64,000 nucleotides of DNA from an uncultured Alphaproteobacteria bacterium (lineage in GTDB: Bacteria > Pseudomonadota > Alphaproteobacteria > Rhizobiales > CAWCWK01), in the NCBI GenBank assembly GCA_963799285.1, contig CAWCWK010000004.1, positions 270,309 through 334,308 on the forward strand, given 5' to 3'. Numbering within the stretch: position 1 is the stretch's first letter; every line of letters begins with the position of its first letter. Position numbers and translations under genes: made by a program. Below are positions 9,360-19,328 of this stretch, piece after piece. The notes below the pieces were generated by a model. The model did not search any database. It had not been told where the DNA came from and worked only from the letters and a program-made list of their open reading frames with translations.

Positions 9360-10346
9360 GTGGTGATAGAAAGAAACGCTCCAGTGGATCGCGATAATCC
9401 CTCCGATGGTGCGGACGCAAAGCTCGAAGTCGATCGATATGGCGATGAGGGCCGCGATCTCGTCGGCTATCGCGGACGCTGGCCCGATATCCTCTGGCCC
9501 AACGGGACGCGACTCGCGGTCAGCGTCGTGCTGAATTTCGAGGAGGGGGCTGAACTGCAGGTAGGCGACGGCGATCCCATGAGCGAGCGCATGGGCGAGG
9601 TGCTCAGCGTCGTGCCAGAGGGCCGGCGCGACTTCGGTCAGGAACAGATCTTCGCTTACGGCACGCGCGCCGGCCTGTGGCGCTTCCTCGACACGCTCGA
9701 AGCCGAGGCCTGCCCAGCCACGATCTTCTTCTGCGGCCGAGCCGTCGCGCGCGCGCCCTCCCTTGCGCGGGCCTGTGTGGCAAGAGGGCACGAGGCGGCT
9801 TGCCACGGCTGGCTTTGGAGACCCCACGCCGACTATACGTCGCGAGACGCAGAGGCCGCCGACCTCGACCGCGCGCTCGACGCCATCGAGGCGGCGACGA
9901 AGGAGCGGCCCCGCGGATTCTTCTGCCGGGGCGGCGAGAGCCCCTGGACGCGCGACCTCCTCGTCGAGCGCGACTTCGCCTACACCTCGAACGCATTCGA
10001 CGACGACCTGCCCTACTGGACGAAGAACGGCGACCTCCTCGTTCTACCCTACGCGCTCGATACGAATGACATGAAGTTCTTTCATCCCAACGGCTTCGTG
10101 CTCGCATCCGAGATGGTAGACTATGTCCGCGACGCTTTGGAGACGCTCCTCCTGGAGGCCGAGAGCGGGCGGGCCCGGGTCCTTAATATCGGCTTTCACC
10201 TGCGCATCGCGGGCCGGCCGGCGCGGTTCCGTGCCGTGCGCGAGATTTTGGCGATGCTGAGCGCGCACCGCGACAGGCTATGGCTTGCCCGGAGGATCGA
10301 TATCGCCGAGGCGTTCCGTAGCCAAGTCCCACCGCGGGCGCGCTAG
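9360..10346 (+). CDS. PuuE-type (polysaccharide-deacetylase fold) ring amidohydrolase homologue, allantoinase-like
   Basis: RDLVGYRGRWPDILWPNGTRLAVSVVLNFEEGAE...HGWLWRPH...PYALDTNDMKF...LNIGFHLRIAGRPAR is colinear with PuuE allantoinase as I recall it. The GTG start at 9360 has no clear RBS, so the start is uncertain. Confidence 0.75.
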   Translation: MVIERNAPVDRDNPSDGADAKLEVDRYGDEGRDLVGYRGRWPDILWPNGTRLAVSVVLNFEEGAELQVGDGDPMSERMGEVLSVVPEGRRDFGQEQIFAYGTRAGLWRFLDTLEAEACPATIFFCGRAVARAPSLARACVARGHEAACHGWLWRPHADYTSRDAEAADLDRALDAIEAATKERPRGFFCRGGESPWTRDLLVERDFAYTSNAFDDDLPYWTKNGDLLVLPYALDTNDMKFFHPNGFVLASEMVDYVRDALETLLLEAESGRARVLNIGFHLRIAGRPARFRAVREILAMLSAHRDRLWLARRIDIAEAFRSQVPPRAR

Positions 10347-11887
10347 GCGCGCGGGTCCATCGGCAGCGCCGGCAGGTAGCCCTTATAGAAGGCGCGGACA
10401 TGCGGCATGACCTCGCGGGCGAGATCGCGGCGAGCGTCCTCGTCCGGCGTCAGCGGGCGGGCGAAGAAGCGGGCGAGCTCGGCCATCGCGTCCGACTTGT
10501 CGACCTGCAGATGCCGGGCATTGCGGTAGATGCACGCGCCGGCCACCCAGGTCTCCCGCACGGCGCCGGCCTTCGCGCGCTGCACCAGGACCTCTAGAAG
10601 GGGCACGTCGGGAGACTGGTAGGGTGCGGTGACCTCGGCCCAGTCGAGCAGTACCGCATCGGCCTCGGCGCCGACTGCAAGCGTGCCGATCGCCTCGCCG
10701 AACGGGGTTGTGCGGGCCGCGTGCTCGGTCGCCATGCGCAGCACCTGCGACGCGTCCGGCGCCGGCGAATCTATGCCTGGCGGCCGGTGGAAGCGTTGGA
10801 CGAGGCGGATCTCCTGCAACATGTCACGATCATCGTTGATGCCGGCCTCGTCGATCCCGATCGCGACGGGAATGCCTCTTGCGAGCATCCGGTTGAGCGC
10901 TGCGACGCCGCTCTTGAGGCGAAGGTTCGATGAGCAGTTGTGGCACACGCAAGCGCCACGTTCGGCCACGAGGTCGAGATCGCCCTCCGTCAGCCACACG
11001 CCGTGGCCGATCGTAAGCGCTGGGCCGACAAGACCGAAGCGGTCGAAATGGGCGAGCGCAGTGCCGCCGGTCCGCTTCTCGGCATAGGCCGCCTGATAGG
11101 GCGTCTCGACGATATGGGCGTGCATGCAGAGCCCGTGCGCGGGGCCGGCGTGACGGGCCGAGAGATCGGCGACCGCGCCGAGCGCCTGATCCGACAGCCA
11201 GTGCAGGTTGGACGGCGCAAGCTGGATGCGCACGCGTCCGCCGGACTGCCCGATCAACCCCTCGAAGAAGGCGATCTGGTCCTCCAGCGAGACCGTATAG
11301 GTTTCGAAATAATCCGCCATCGCCGGTCTCAGCGCCGCCGGGAGCCGGGCTACGAAATCGGCGTCCGGCTCGTAGACGAGACGGTTCTGGTCGCGCAGGG
11401 CCATCGAATAGGAAACCCTCAGCCCGATGTCGCGATAGGCCTTCAGGACCGCGCCGGACGCCCGCTCCAAACCGGCCAGCCCGCCGGCCGCGCGGCTGTG
11501 AAGATGCTGGACCGTCGTGACGCCCGACTCGATCAACTCGAAGGCCGATTGGAGCGTGTCGAGATAGGGGTCGACATCGCGCAGCGCGAGCCGACTGGCG
11601 AACCACAGCTCCAGAGGGTGGTCGAGCGAGCCGAGCTGCAGCGGCGTGGCGCCGACATGGTGATGTGCGTTGATGAGACCGGGGATGAGAGCATGCCCCG
11701 CCCCCCCGGAGCGCGGCGCGTCGGGATGGCTCTTTCCCAGCGCCTCACGCGAGGCGATCTCATGCACTCGCCCACCGACGATGACGAGACTAGCATCCTT
11801 GTGGATGATCGGCTTTCCATGGTCGAAGCGCTCCAGAATCCAGTCGGCTTCTAGGATTTCCGCCACTGCTGCACTCTTTGTCTCCAT
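10343..11887 (-). CDS. Metal-dependent amidohydrolase of the ATZ/TRZ / deaminase-chlorohydrolase type
   Basis: I take the internal ATG at 11887 of ORF 10343..11980 (METKSAAVAEILEADWIL). Motifs are LIPGLINAHHHVG, HAHIVET and IGIDEAGINDD. Its 3' end overlaps the convergent PuuE-like gene by 4 nt. Confidence 0.75.
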   Translation of the reverse strand: METKSAAVAEILEADWILERFDHGKPIIHKDASLVIVGGRVHEIASREALGKSHPDAPRSGGAGHALIPGLINAHHHVGATPLQLGSLDHPLELWFASRLALRDVDPYLDTLQSAFELIESGVTTVQHLHSRAAGGLAGLERASGAVLKAYRDIGLRVSYSMALRDQNRLVYEPDADFVARLPAALRPAMADYFETYTVSLEDQIAFFEGLIGQSGGRVRIQLAPSNLHWLSDQALGAVADLSARHAGPAHGLCMHAHIVETPYQAAYAEKRTGGTALAHFDRFGLVGPALTIGHGVWLTEGDLDLVAERGACVCHNCSSNLRLKSGVAALNRMLARGIPVAIGIDEAGINDDRDMLQEIRLVQRFHRPPGIDSPAPDASQVLRMATEHAARTTPFGEAIGTLAVGAEADAVLLDWAEVTAPYQSPDVPLLEVLVQRAKAGAVRETWVAGACIYRNARHLQVDKSDAMAELARFFARPLTPDEDARRDLAREVMPHVRAFYKGYLPALPMDPRA

Positions 11888-12166
11888 GCCCAATCCTTGC
11901 GCATTCGACCCTCTTGCCAAAGGCCGCCGACGCGGTCTAGCCTGATCGCGCAAGCTGGAGATTTGTTTACGTGATTGCACGCAGGCGCAAGACAGGGCGA
12001 CGCGGAGGGCATTTCAAATGTCGCTCCCGGTCGCCGCGCGCCTTCGTCTGTCTCGTGAAAGCGGGCTGCAGCCAGCACGGGTAGGTCCGCGCGGGGCACA
12101 GCCTCGTGCGTTTGCACCTGCGGGGCCGCCGAGGCGTCGCATCGACTCATTCCGTTCTGGCTTTCC

Positions 12167-13369
12167 ATGTCCCCTTCATCCGCTCCCTCGGCCCACGCAG
12201 CCGATGTTCGTCCTTCCGTCGTCTTCCCCGAGACCTATGCCGAGGCCTGCGCAGCGGCAGCCTCGACCGGCTTCGATGTCGATGTCGTCATCGCCCGAGC
12301 GAGAGAGGCTGCGGCGAAACTTCTCGAGCGCGCCGGGCCTCGTCTGACGCGCCTTCTCTTCGTCGGCTCTGGCGACAGCCTCTTCGCGGCCCGGTCGGCC
12401 GTGCCGGCCATTCAGCGGTGGACCGGGCTCTATGTCGAGGCGCAGACCTCGCTCACCTTCGCGCGCTACGGCGTGTCTCTCCTGGACGAGCGGGACGTTG
12501 TGGTGGCGGTCCCCAATTCCGGCAACTCGACCCGGACGCGTGAGGGCGTCACGCTGGCGAAGGCGGCCGGCCGGCTGACGCTCGGCATCACCGGCTCCGA
12601 TAGCGGCCCTTTGGCCAAGGGCGCGGACATCGTGCTCCACCGCCCCGTCGTGCGCGACGAGGCGATGCCCGACCACTATCGGCGCGTGTTCCTCAACATG
12701 GCCGAATATCTTGCCGCCCTCGTCGCGCACTGGGCGCTGGCTCTGGAGATCGGCGTGCTGCGCGAGCATCTGACGGCACAGGACCGCGATGCCTGGCTCG
12801 ATCGCATCCGCGCGGGCCTGGAGGAGATCGAGCCGACGGCGCGAGCGATCGAGCCGGCCATCGCTCGCTATGTCGCCGAGGCCGAGGCTTTCGATACCGT
12901 CTGGACCATCGGGGCCGGCCCGAACGTGGGCACGGCCGAATATTCCGCCGCCAAGTTCCACGAGCAGGTGCCGCTGAACGGCGTGCCCCAGGACCTCGAG
13001 GAGTGGGCGCACCTGCAATACTTTCTCACCGTGATGGGCCAGGCCAAGGGACCCGTCATCGTGCTGGCGCCATGTGGCAACGCGGTCGACCGGGCAGGCG
13101 AGATGCTCCAGGGCATCGCCAGCGCGGGCGGCACGGCCCTGCTGGCGACGGACGTCGACGAACTGACCGGGCCCGCCACCGTGCGCCTCGCCATGCCGCA
13201 CGTCGGGCACGAGCTTGTCAGCCCGCTGACCTACCACCTGCCGGCACAGCTCCTCGCGCTGCATGTCGCGCGCGGTCGCCCGCTCGGCTTCCTGCCGCTC
13301 CAGCGACAGGACGACTACTGGCTCATCCGCAAGGGTCTGATCAGGACCGATACGGCCGGACTCGACTGA
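12167..13369 (+). CDS. Double-SIS-domain phosphosugar isomerase/deglycase-like protein (GlmS C-terminal / FrlB / AgaS type)
   Basis: LLFVGSGDSLFAARSAVPAIQRW...VVVAVPNSGNSTRTREGVTLAKAAGRLTLGITGSDSGPLAKGADIVL is a typical SIS nucleotide-fold. A second SIS-like half follows. The N-terminal ~45 aa and the start are uncertain. Confidence 0.7.
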   Translation: MSPSSAPSAHAADVRPSVVFPETYAEACAAAASTGFDVDVVIARAREAAAKLLERAGPRLTRLLFVGSGDSLFAARSAVPAIQRWTGLYVEAQTSLTFARYGVSLLDERDVVVAVPNSGNSTRTREGVTLAKAAGRLTLGITGSDSGPLAKGADIVLHRPVVRDEAMPDHYRRVFLNMAEYLAALVAHWALALEIGVLREHLTAQDRDAWLDRIRAGLEEIEPTARAIEPAIARYVAEAEAFDTVWTIGAGPNVGTAEYSAAKFHEQVPLNGVPQDLEEWAHLQYFLTVMGQAKGPVIVLAPCGNAVDRAGEMLQGIASAGGTALLATDVDELTGPATVRLAMPHVGHELVSPLTYHLPAQLLALHVARGRPLGFLPLQRQDDYWLIRKGLIRTDTAGLD

Positions 13370-13386
13370 GCCCTACAGAAGGCCGC

Positions 13387-13410
13387 GAGGAGCACCCGAC
13401 AGGGCTCCTC
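13387..13410 (+). terminator. Hairpin GAGGAGC-N10-GCTCCTC between SIS gene 1 and the binding-protein gene
   Basis: A 7-bp perfect stem was read directly. No U-tract follows, so it may be a stabiliser or attenuator rather than a terminator. Confidence 0.25.
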
Positions 13411-13484
13411 CCGAACCCCGTTTAGCCGACACCAAGATCGGCCTTTCAAGAGACCCTACTACCATTCGTTCCCAGGAGGCGAGG

Positions 13485-14540
13485 ATGACGAAGCTAATCA
13501 ACCGCAGAATCTTCAATAGCGGCCTATTCGGCGCCGGCGTGGCAGCTGCGACGCTGGCGAAGCCCAACATCGTCCGCGCGCAGGATCGCGAGCTCGTGAT
13601 CATCAGCTACGGCGGCGCCCTGCAGGAGCCGCATCGCTGGCTCGGCGACAAAATGGAGGCCCAGCACGCGGGGCTGCGTGTCGTCCTGGTACCCTCCGAG
13701 AGCCAGGACATTGTCGCCCAGATCAAGGCCGCGCAGGGCTTCAGCCCCTATGACGCGATGCCGAACGGCGAGCCGCCGCACCTGATCGCGATCCAGGAGG
13801 GCTATATCGAGAAGGCCGATCCGTCGCAGATTCCGAACCTCGCGAACGCCATCCCGGAATTCGTCGCCAAGAGCCAGGGCTACGGCGTTCCGGCGACCTT
13901 TTCGCTGATCGGGCTCGCCTACAACGAGGAGATGGTCGAAACCCCGCCGACCTCGTGGGCCGACATGTGGAACGAGGAATATGCCGGTCAGGTCGGCATC
14001 TGCCGAACGTCGTCCAATCTCGGGCTCGGCACGCTGGCCGTGGTCTCCAAGATCTTCGGCGGCTCGGAGGACGATCTCTCCGTCGGCTAGCAGAAGCTTC
14101 AGGAGCTCAACCCCATCGCCGGCCGCAGCCCGCGCATCCTGTCGCAGATGATGGAGCGCGGCGAGATCGCCATGGCGCCGCTGTGGAATAACGACGCCGC
14201 CGTCGCGGCCGAGAAGGGCCTGCCGATCAAGTTCGTCAAGCCCGATCCCGGCCCTGTCGCGATCATCTCCTTCATGTCGCAGATCGCCAATTCGCGCGAG
14301 CCCGAGCTCGTCAACGAATGGCTGAACGGCATCCTGTCGGAGGAGTATCAGACCATGGCGGCCGCCGCGCCCTATTACTTCGGTGCAACGGTGCAAGGCA
14401 TTGAGATCCCGGAGGCCGCGAGACCCTATACGCCTTCGACGCCGGAGGAGGTGCTCAGCCTGCAGACGGTCGACTGGTCCAAGATCGTGCCCATTCGCGG
14501 CGACCTGGTCGAACAGTTCGACCGCACGTTCGCGGGCTGA
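13485..14540 (+). pseudogene. PotD/family-1 ABC substrate-binding protein interrupted by an in-frame TAG at 14088-14090
   Basis: ORFs 13485..14090 and 14148..14540 are in the same frame. Read-through gives ...GGSEDDLSVG*QKLQELNPIAGRSPRILSQMMERGEIAMAPLWNND.... A signal peptide is present (RRIFNSGLFGAGVAAATLAKPNIVRA). A single G-to-A change from TGG (Trp) would explain the stop. Confidence 0.8.
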
Positions 14541-14543
14541 TCG

Positions 14544-15662
14544 ATGACCGCGCGCGCGAATACGCAGGCGGGCGAGGGCGGCAAGGGCCACGTGGCGGCG
14601 CCGATGATGGCCGATATCGGCCGGCAACCGGACGTGCTGCGAGGCATCGTCGCCCGCCGCGACGCCATCGCGGATTTCGCGCGCGCACATCTCATGCCCG
14701 ATAGCGGCGGGCGAACCTACGTCTTCGGCTCGGGCGACGGCTGGTTCGCCGCTCGGGCCGGATGCGATGGCTCCGACGTCTTTGTCGGCGCGAGCGGGCT
14801 GGAAGTGCTCGGCCATCTGAGTGGTAAGGCCGTTCCTGCCGATCGCGGTCTGGCTATCTCCATGTCGGGCAATGTCGACCGCACCGTCGAAGCGGCCGAA
14901 GCCCTCGTCGCGCGGGGCGTGCCGATCGCCGCGCTGACCAATTCGGCCGGCGGTCGGCTCGCGGCGCTGGGCGCGCCGAACCACAGTCTTGATCTCGACG
15001 ACATCGCCCCCTTCCTCTGCGGCACGGCGAGCTATCTCGCCACGCTCGCGACCTTGCAGATGGCACGAGCGGCGCTCGACGGGACGATCGACGAGACGGC
15101 CGCGCGCATCGCCCGCACGGCGGACGCGCTCGATGAGAGCCTCTCGGCGCTGGATGCGCTCGCCCGGACCGTCGCGGCAGCGGGCGTTCCCTCCGGCGTG
15201 CGCATCCTGTCCTGCGGCGGCGCCGGCATGGCGACGGCCGATTACGGCGCGGCCAAGCTCGTTGAGGTCGCGCGCGTACCGGTCTGGACGGACGATGTCG
15301 AGGAGTTCGCCCACCGCCAGTTCTGGACCGCCGATACGGACGAGCTCATCGTCCATCTCCCGACGACGCCGGCCGTCGCCGAGATCGCCGACGAGGCCGG
15401 GGCGGCGCTGCGCGATTCAGGTTTTCGCACGCTTTGGATCGGTCAGGCGACGGGGGCTCGGCCGGGTGGCGAGCACCAGGCCGTGCCGGGCGAGGTGGAG
15501 CCGGCCCTCTTCGTGCCCGTCGCCTTGCAGCTTCTCGCCTATCACCTGTCCTGGGCCTGTGGGTTGGACCCCAACACGCGGCTGCACTTGAAGAACGACG
15601 AGCTCCGCTTTCGAACCAGCCGCCGCCTCACCCGGCGCTCGCTTCTGGGAACGGGGCAATGA
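14544..15662 (+). CDS. Double-SIS-domain phosphosugar isomerase/deglycase-like protein (paralogue 2)
   Basis: YVFGSGDGWFAARAG...GLAISMSGNVDRTVEAAEALVARGVPIAALTNSAGGRLAALG. Its stop overlaps the next start (ATGA). Confidence 0.7.
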   Translation: MTARANTQAGEGGKGHVAAPMMADIGRQPDVLRGIVARRDAIADFARAHLMPDSGGRTYVFGSGDGWFAARAGCDGSDVFVGASGLEVLGHLSGKAVPADRGLAISMSGNVDRTVEAAEALVARGVPIAALTNSAGGRLAALGAPNHSLDLDDIAPFLCGTASYLATLATLQMARAALDGTIDETAARIARTADALDESLSALDALARTVAAAGVPSGVRILSCGGAGMATADYGAAKLVEVARVPVWTDDVEEFAHRQFWTADTDELIVHLPTTPAVAEIADEAGAALRDSGFRTLWIGQATGARPGGEHQAVPGEVEPALFVPVALQLLAYHLSWACGLDPNTRLHLKNDELRFRTSRRLTRRSLLGTGQ

Positions 15663-16546
15663 GGAGTTTCGCCAGACCGCGCGTCGCCGTCTTCGGCTAC
15701 CTCTCGCTCGACGCGCTGTCGCGGGACGGCGCTCGCCACGAGGACATTCCCGGCGGAGGCGTGCTCTACGCCGCGCTCGGCGTCCTGGCGGCTGGCGGCG
15801 TCCCCTCGCTCTTCGCGGCGCGCACGGTCGACTTTTCAGGCGAGGTCCTGGCGCGGCTGTCCGCGATGGGCGCGGACCTGTCCGGTCTCGTTCCATCACC
15901 CCACGCAACGCGGCGGGCCGCGCTCCTGACCGAGCCGGACGACGGGCGTGTCTCGCCGCATCACGGCGCCCCTGCCTGGAGAGCCGCCACCGTCCGCCTC
16001 ACCCCAACCCCACCCTGCGGCATGGAACGCGTGGACGCCGCCATTCTTTGCCCGATGCCGCTCGAGGCCGCCAAGGCTATAGCGGATGCCCTGCCGTCCG
16101 ACCTCGCCCTCGTCCTCGACACGAGCGAGGCCTTCGCGGCCGACGGGCGCGAGGCCCTCGCGCCGCTCCTCGCGCGTGCGGACGTCTTCGCGCCGAGCCT
16201 CGCCGAGACGCGGCATCTTTATCCGAACCTCGAGGACGACGAGGCCGCGGCCGCGCTTTCGTGCCACGCGCGTCTCGTCGTCCAGACACGCGGCCCGCAC
16301 GGGCTCGCGGCCTTTGTGGATGGCACATGCGTGGCGACCCAGGCCGCCGGCGATGCGGCGGTCGTCGATACGACAGGTGCCGGAGACGCCGTTTGCGGGG
16401 CGCTGGCCGTGGCGACTGCGCGCGGTCTTTCCATCGTGCAAACGCTGGTGATGGCGTCTGAGGTCGGGGCGCGGGCCGTATCGGGCATCGGTCCTACCGG
16501 GCTCGGCCTCGACATTCGCAGGCAGGAGACCGCATCATGCGCGTAG
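15659..16546 (+). CDS. PfkB-family carbohydrate/ketoamine kinase
   Basis: I take the internal ATG at 15659 of ORF 15434..16546 (MRSFARPRVAVFGYLSLD). The C-terminal PfkB signature is DTTGAGDAVCGALAVA. Confidence 0.8.
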   Translation: MRSFARPRVAVFGYLSLDALSRDGARHEDIPGGGVLYAALGVLAAGGVPSLFAARTVDFSGEVLARLSAMGADLSGLVPSPHATRRAALLTEPDDGRVSPHHGAPAWRAATVRLTPTPPCGMERVDAAILCPMPLEAAKAIADALPSDLALVLDTSEAFAADGREALAPLLARADVFAPSLAETRHLYPNLEDDEAAAALSCHARLVVQTRGPHGLAAFVDGTCVATQAAGDAAVVDTTGAGDAVCGALAVATARGLSIVQTLVMASEVGARAVSGIGPTGLGLDIRRQETASCA

Positions 16547-17586
16547 ACATCCGCTCGCTCGACAAATGGTTCGGCGACAATCACGTCCTGCGCGACTGCG
16601 CGCTGGAGGTGGGCGACGGCGAACTCATCACTTTGCTCGGCGCGTCCGGCTGCGGTAAGACGACCCTCCTGCGCTGCCTGGCCGGCTTCGAGACGCCAAG
16701 CGACGGCCGGATCCTGCTCGGCGAAGACGACGTGACCCGCGTGCCGCCCAACCGTCGCAACGTGGGTTTCGTCTTCCAAAACTACGCTCTCTTCCCGCAC
16801 ATGACGGTAGCCGACAACGTCGGCTACGGACCCAAGGTGCGCAAGGAGCGCTCCGAGCGGCCCTTGCGCGAGCGCGTGCAGGAGGCGCTCGATCTCGTCT
16901 CCCTTCCAGACATGGGCGGGCGTTATCCGTCCGAGCTCTCGGGTGGGCAACAACAGCGTGTCGCGCTGGCCCGCGCGCTCGTCATCAAACCGCGCGTCCT
17001 GCTGCTCGACGAAGCCTTCAACGCGCTCGATGCCAAGTTGCGCGTGGCGATGCAGATCGAGATGCGAAAGCTCGTCAAGTCGGTCGGCATCACGACCGTC
17101 TGCGTGACGCACGACCAGACCGAGGCGATGACGATCTCAGATCGGATCGCGATCATGGAAGGCGGCCGCATCCTCCAGATCGGGACGCCGGCCGAGATCT
17201 ACGACCGGCCCGGCACGCCCTATGTCGCCGACTTCATCGGCGCAGCCAACATCTTGCGTCGCGAAGTGCGCGGCGGCGCGGCCGAGATCGGGCCCGGCAT
17301 CAGCGTCCCCAGCCGGACGACAGGGCCCGTCGCCATCGTCGTGCGACCCGAGAACCTACGCCTCGGTGCGCCCGGCGAAGGAGGTTGGCACGGCCGCGTT
17401 TCCTTCGCCCGCGTCCTCGGCGCCACCACCGAGTACGAGGTCGTGAGCCAGGCGGAGGCAGGCGATCCGCCCCTGCGGATCGTGATGGCGCGGCAGGGCA
17501 CGGCCGACCCGGCGCCGGGCGACGAGGTCTCGCTTGCCCTGAACGATGCAGGCGCATGCGTCGTCGTGCCGGAGACGCCGGCATGA
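16537..17586 (+). CDS. ABC transporter ATP-binding protein (PotA/CysA type with C-terminal TOBE-like domain)
   Basis: Walker A is GASGCGKTT. Also present: FQNYALFPHMTV, the signature LSGGQQQRVALARAL and Walker B LLLDEAF. Confidence 0.9.
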   Translation: MRVDIRSLDKWFGDNHVLRDCALEVGDGELITLLGASGCGKTTLLRCLAGFETPSDGRILLGEDDVTRVPPNRRNVGFVFQNYALFPHMTVADNVGYGPKVRKERSERPLRERVQEALDLVSLPDMGGRYPSELSGGQQQRVALARALVIKPRVLLLDEAFNALDAKLRVAMQIEMRKLVKSVGITTVCVTHDQTEAMTISDRIAIMEGGRILQIGTPAEIYDRPGTPYVADFIGAANILRREVRGGAAEIGPGISVPSRTTGPVAIVVRPENLRLGAPGEGGWHGRVSFARVLGATTEYEVVSQAEAGDPPLRIVMARQGTADPAPGDEVSLALNDAGACVVVPETPA

Positions 17587-18515
17587 CCGAGGCCGATATC
17601 GCGGCGCCCTCTCCGCGCTTGGCACGCGACGGGCCGATGGTCCGCATCGGGCGGCGGCTGATGGCGGGCGGCGTCTGGCCGGCCGTTCCCGCGCTCGTCT
17701 TCCTGGTGTTCTTCTTCGCCATCCCGATGGTGCTGTTGCTCGCCTTCGGCTTCGTGGACATCGAACGCGGCGTCGTACAGCCGGACACCTGGACGTTCGG
17801 CCATCTGACCGAGGTGCTGCGCGACGACCTCTTCTGGCGCTTCTGGTGGCGCTCCTTCTATGTGGGCGTGCTGGCGACCGTGAGCTGCATCGTCCTGGCC
17901 TATCCGCTGGCCTATCTCTACACCATGGTCGGCCGGGTCGGGCGCGGCGCGATCTTGCTCATCACCGTCGCGCCGCTTCTTACCAGCGCGCTCGTACGCA
18001 CCTATGCCTGGCTCGTCATCCTCGGCGGTCGGCGCGGCGTCGTGAACAACGCACTCATCGAGATGGGCCTGATCGAGCGGCCGCTGCGGCTCCTCAACAC
18101 GGATTTCGCGGTCATCCTCGGCATGACGCAAATCCACCTGCCGTTCATGGTGCTGCCGCTCATCACCGTGCTCGCCGCGCGTGACCGGGCGTATGAGCAG
18201 GCCTCGCTCGGCCTCGGCGCGAGCCATGTCTCGACCTTCCTCCGGGTGACGCTGCCGATGTCGCTGCCGGGCATCACGGCCGGGGCGGCGCTGGTCTTCG
18301 CGCTGTCCTACACGAACTTCATCATCCCGCAGCTGCTGGGCGGCGGCAACTACATGACGCTCGCCGTGCAGGTCTACGAGTACATCATCGTGATCCTGGA
18401 CTGGAATCGGGGCGCGGTGCTGGCCCTGCTCCTCCTGTCGAGTTGCTTTGCCTTTATCCTGGCGATGACCTGGGCCGGCAACCGGGCCGCCCGCTGGACG
18501 GAGGGCCCGAGATGA
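17583..18515 (+). CDS. ABC transporter permease (PotB-like)
   Basis: I take the internal ATG at 17583 (ATGA overlap with the ATPase stop), giving MTEADIAAP.... It has multiple TM segments and an EAA-type loop (ASLGLGASHVSTFLRVTLP). Confidence 0.85.
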   Translation: MTEADIAAPSPRLARDGPMVRIGRRLMAGGVWPAVPALVFLVFFFAIPMVLLLAFGFVDIERGVVQPDTWTFGHLTEVLRDDLFWRFWWRSFYVGVLATVSCIVLAYPLAYLYTMVGRVGRGAILLITVAPLLTSALVRTYAWLVILGGRRGVVNNALIEMGLIERPLRLLNTDFAVILGMTQIHLPFMVLPLITVLAARDRAYEQASLGLGASHVSTFLRVTLPMSLPGITAGAALVFALSYTNFIIPQLLGGGNYMTLAVQVYEYIIVILDWNRGAVLALLLLSSCFAFILAMTWAGNRAARWTEGPR

Positions 18516-19327
18516 GCCGCTTCCTATCGCTTAGCTGGGGCGATTGCCTCGGCGTAGCCCTTTTGATCGCGCTGGCCGCCTGCGCCTTGGTCCTCTTGAT
18601 CGTGCCGAGCCTGATCGTCGTCGCGGTCTCCTTCACCGAGACGGCCTACATCACCTTCCCGCCGCGCGGCTTCACGCTCGACTGGTATGTCGATCTGGCC
18701 GGCCGCGACCAGATCATCCATGCGGCCGGCACGAGCCTGCGGATCGCGCTGCTGACGATGGTGGTCTGCCTGCTGATCGGCGTGCCGGCCGCCTTCGCAC
18801 TGGTGCGCGGCCGCTTTTGGGGGCGCGGGCCGGCTGCCGCCTTCCTGCTGGCGCCGCAGATGCTGCCAGGCATGGTGATCGGTATCGCGATCCTCTTCTT
18901 CGGCGCCTATTTCGCCTTTCGCCAATCGGACACGATGGTCACGATCGGCCTCGTCGTCTTCTGTCTGCCGTTTGCGGTGCGCATGGTGATGGCGCGACTG
19001 GCCGGGCTCGACCCGCGGCTCGACGAGGCTTCGGCCGGTCTTGGCGCGTCCAGCCTGACGACCTTCATGAGGATCACGGTTCCGCAGATTGTGCCCGCCA
19101 TCCTGGCGGCGGCGACCTTCGTCTTCATCGAGGCGTTCGACAACCTGACGGTCGCGCTCTTTACCGCCTCGCCGCGCAGCCGGCCGCTCGCGGTCGAGCT
19201 CTACAACCTCGTCCAGTTCGATTCGAGCCCGGTCGTGGCCGCCTTGTCGAGCCTGGAGATATTGCTGGCGCTACTGATCGTGCTCGTGCTCTCGCGCACC
19301 GTCGGCCTCGATCGGCTGCGCACATAG
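18512..19327 (+). CDS. ABC transporter permease (PotC-like)
   Basis: I take the internal ATG at 18512 (ATGA overlap), giving MSRFLSLSWGD.... The EAA-type loop is EASAGLGASSLTTFMRITVP. Confidence 0.85.
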   Translation: MSRFLSLSWGDCLGVALLIALAACALVLLIVPSLIVVAVSFTETAYITFPPRGFTLDWYVDLAGRDQIIHAAGTSLRIALLTMVVCLLIGVPAAFALVRGRFWGRGPAAAFLLAPQMLPGMVIGIAILFFGAYFAFRQSDTMVTIGLVVFCLPFAVRMVMARLAGLDPRLDEASAGLGASSLTTFMRITVPQIVPAILAAATFVFIEAFDNLTVALFTASPRSRPLAVELYNLVQFDSSPVVAALSSLEILLALLIVLVLSRTVGLDRLRT

Positions 19328-19328
19328 C

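Noticed and set aside
11888-12166. Partial palindrome TTGCACGCAGGCGCAA in the divergent region between the amidohydrolase and the first SIS gene, a possible operator for the regulator-less cluster.
   Set aside because: The arms are imperfect (only GC..GCAA symmetric) and I saw no second copy elsewhere in the cluster.
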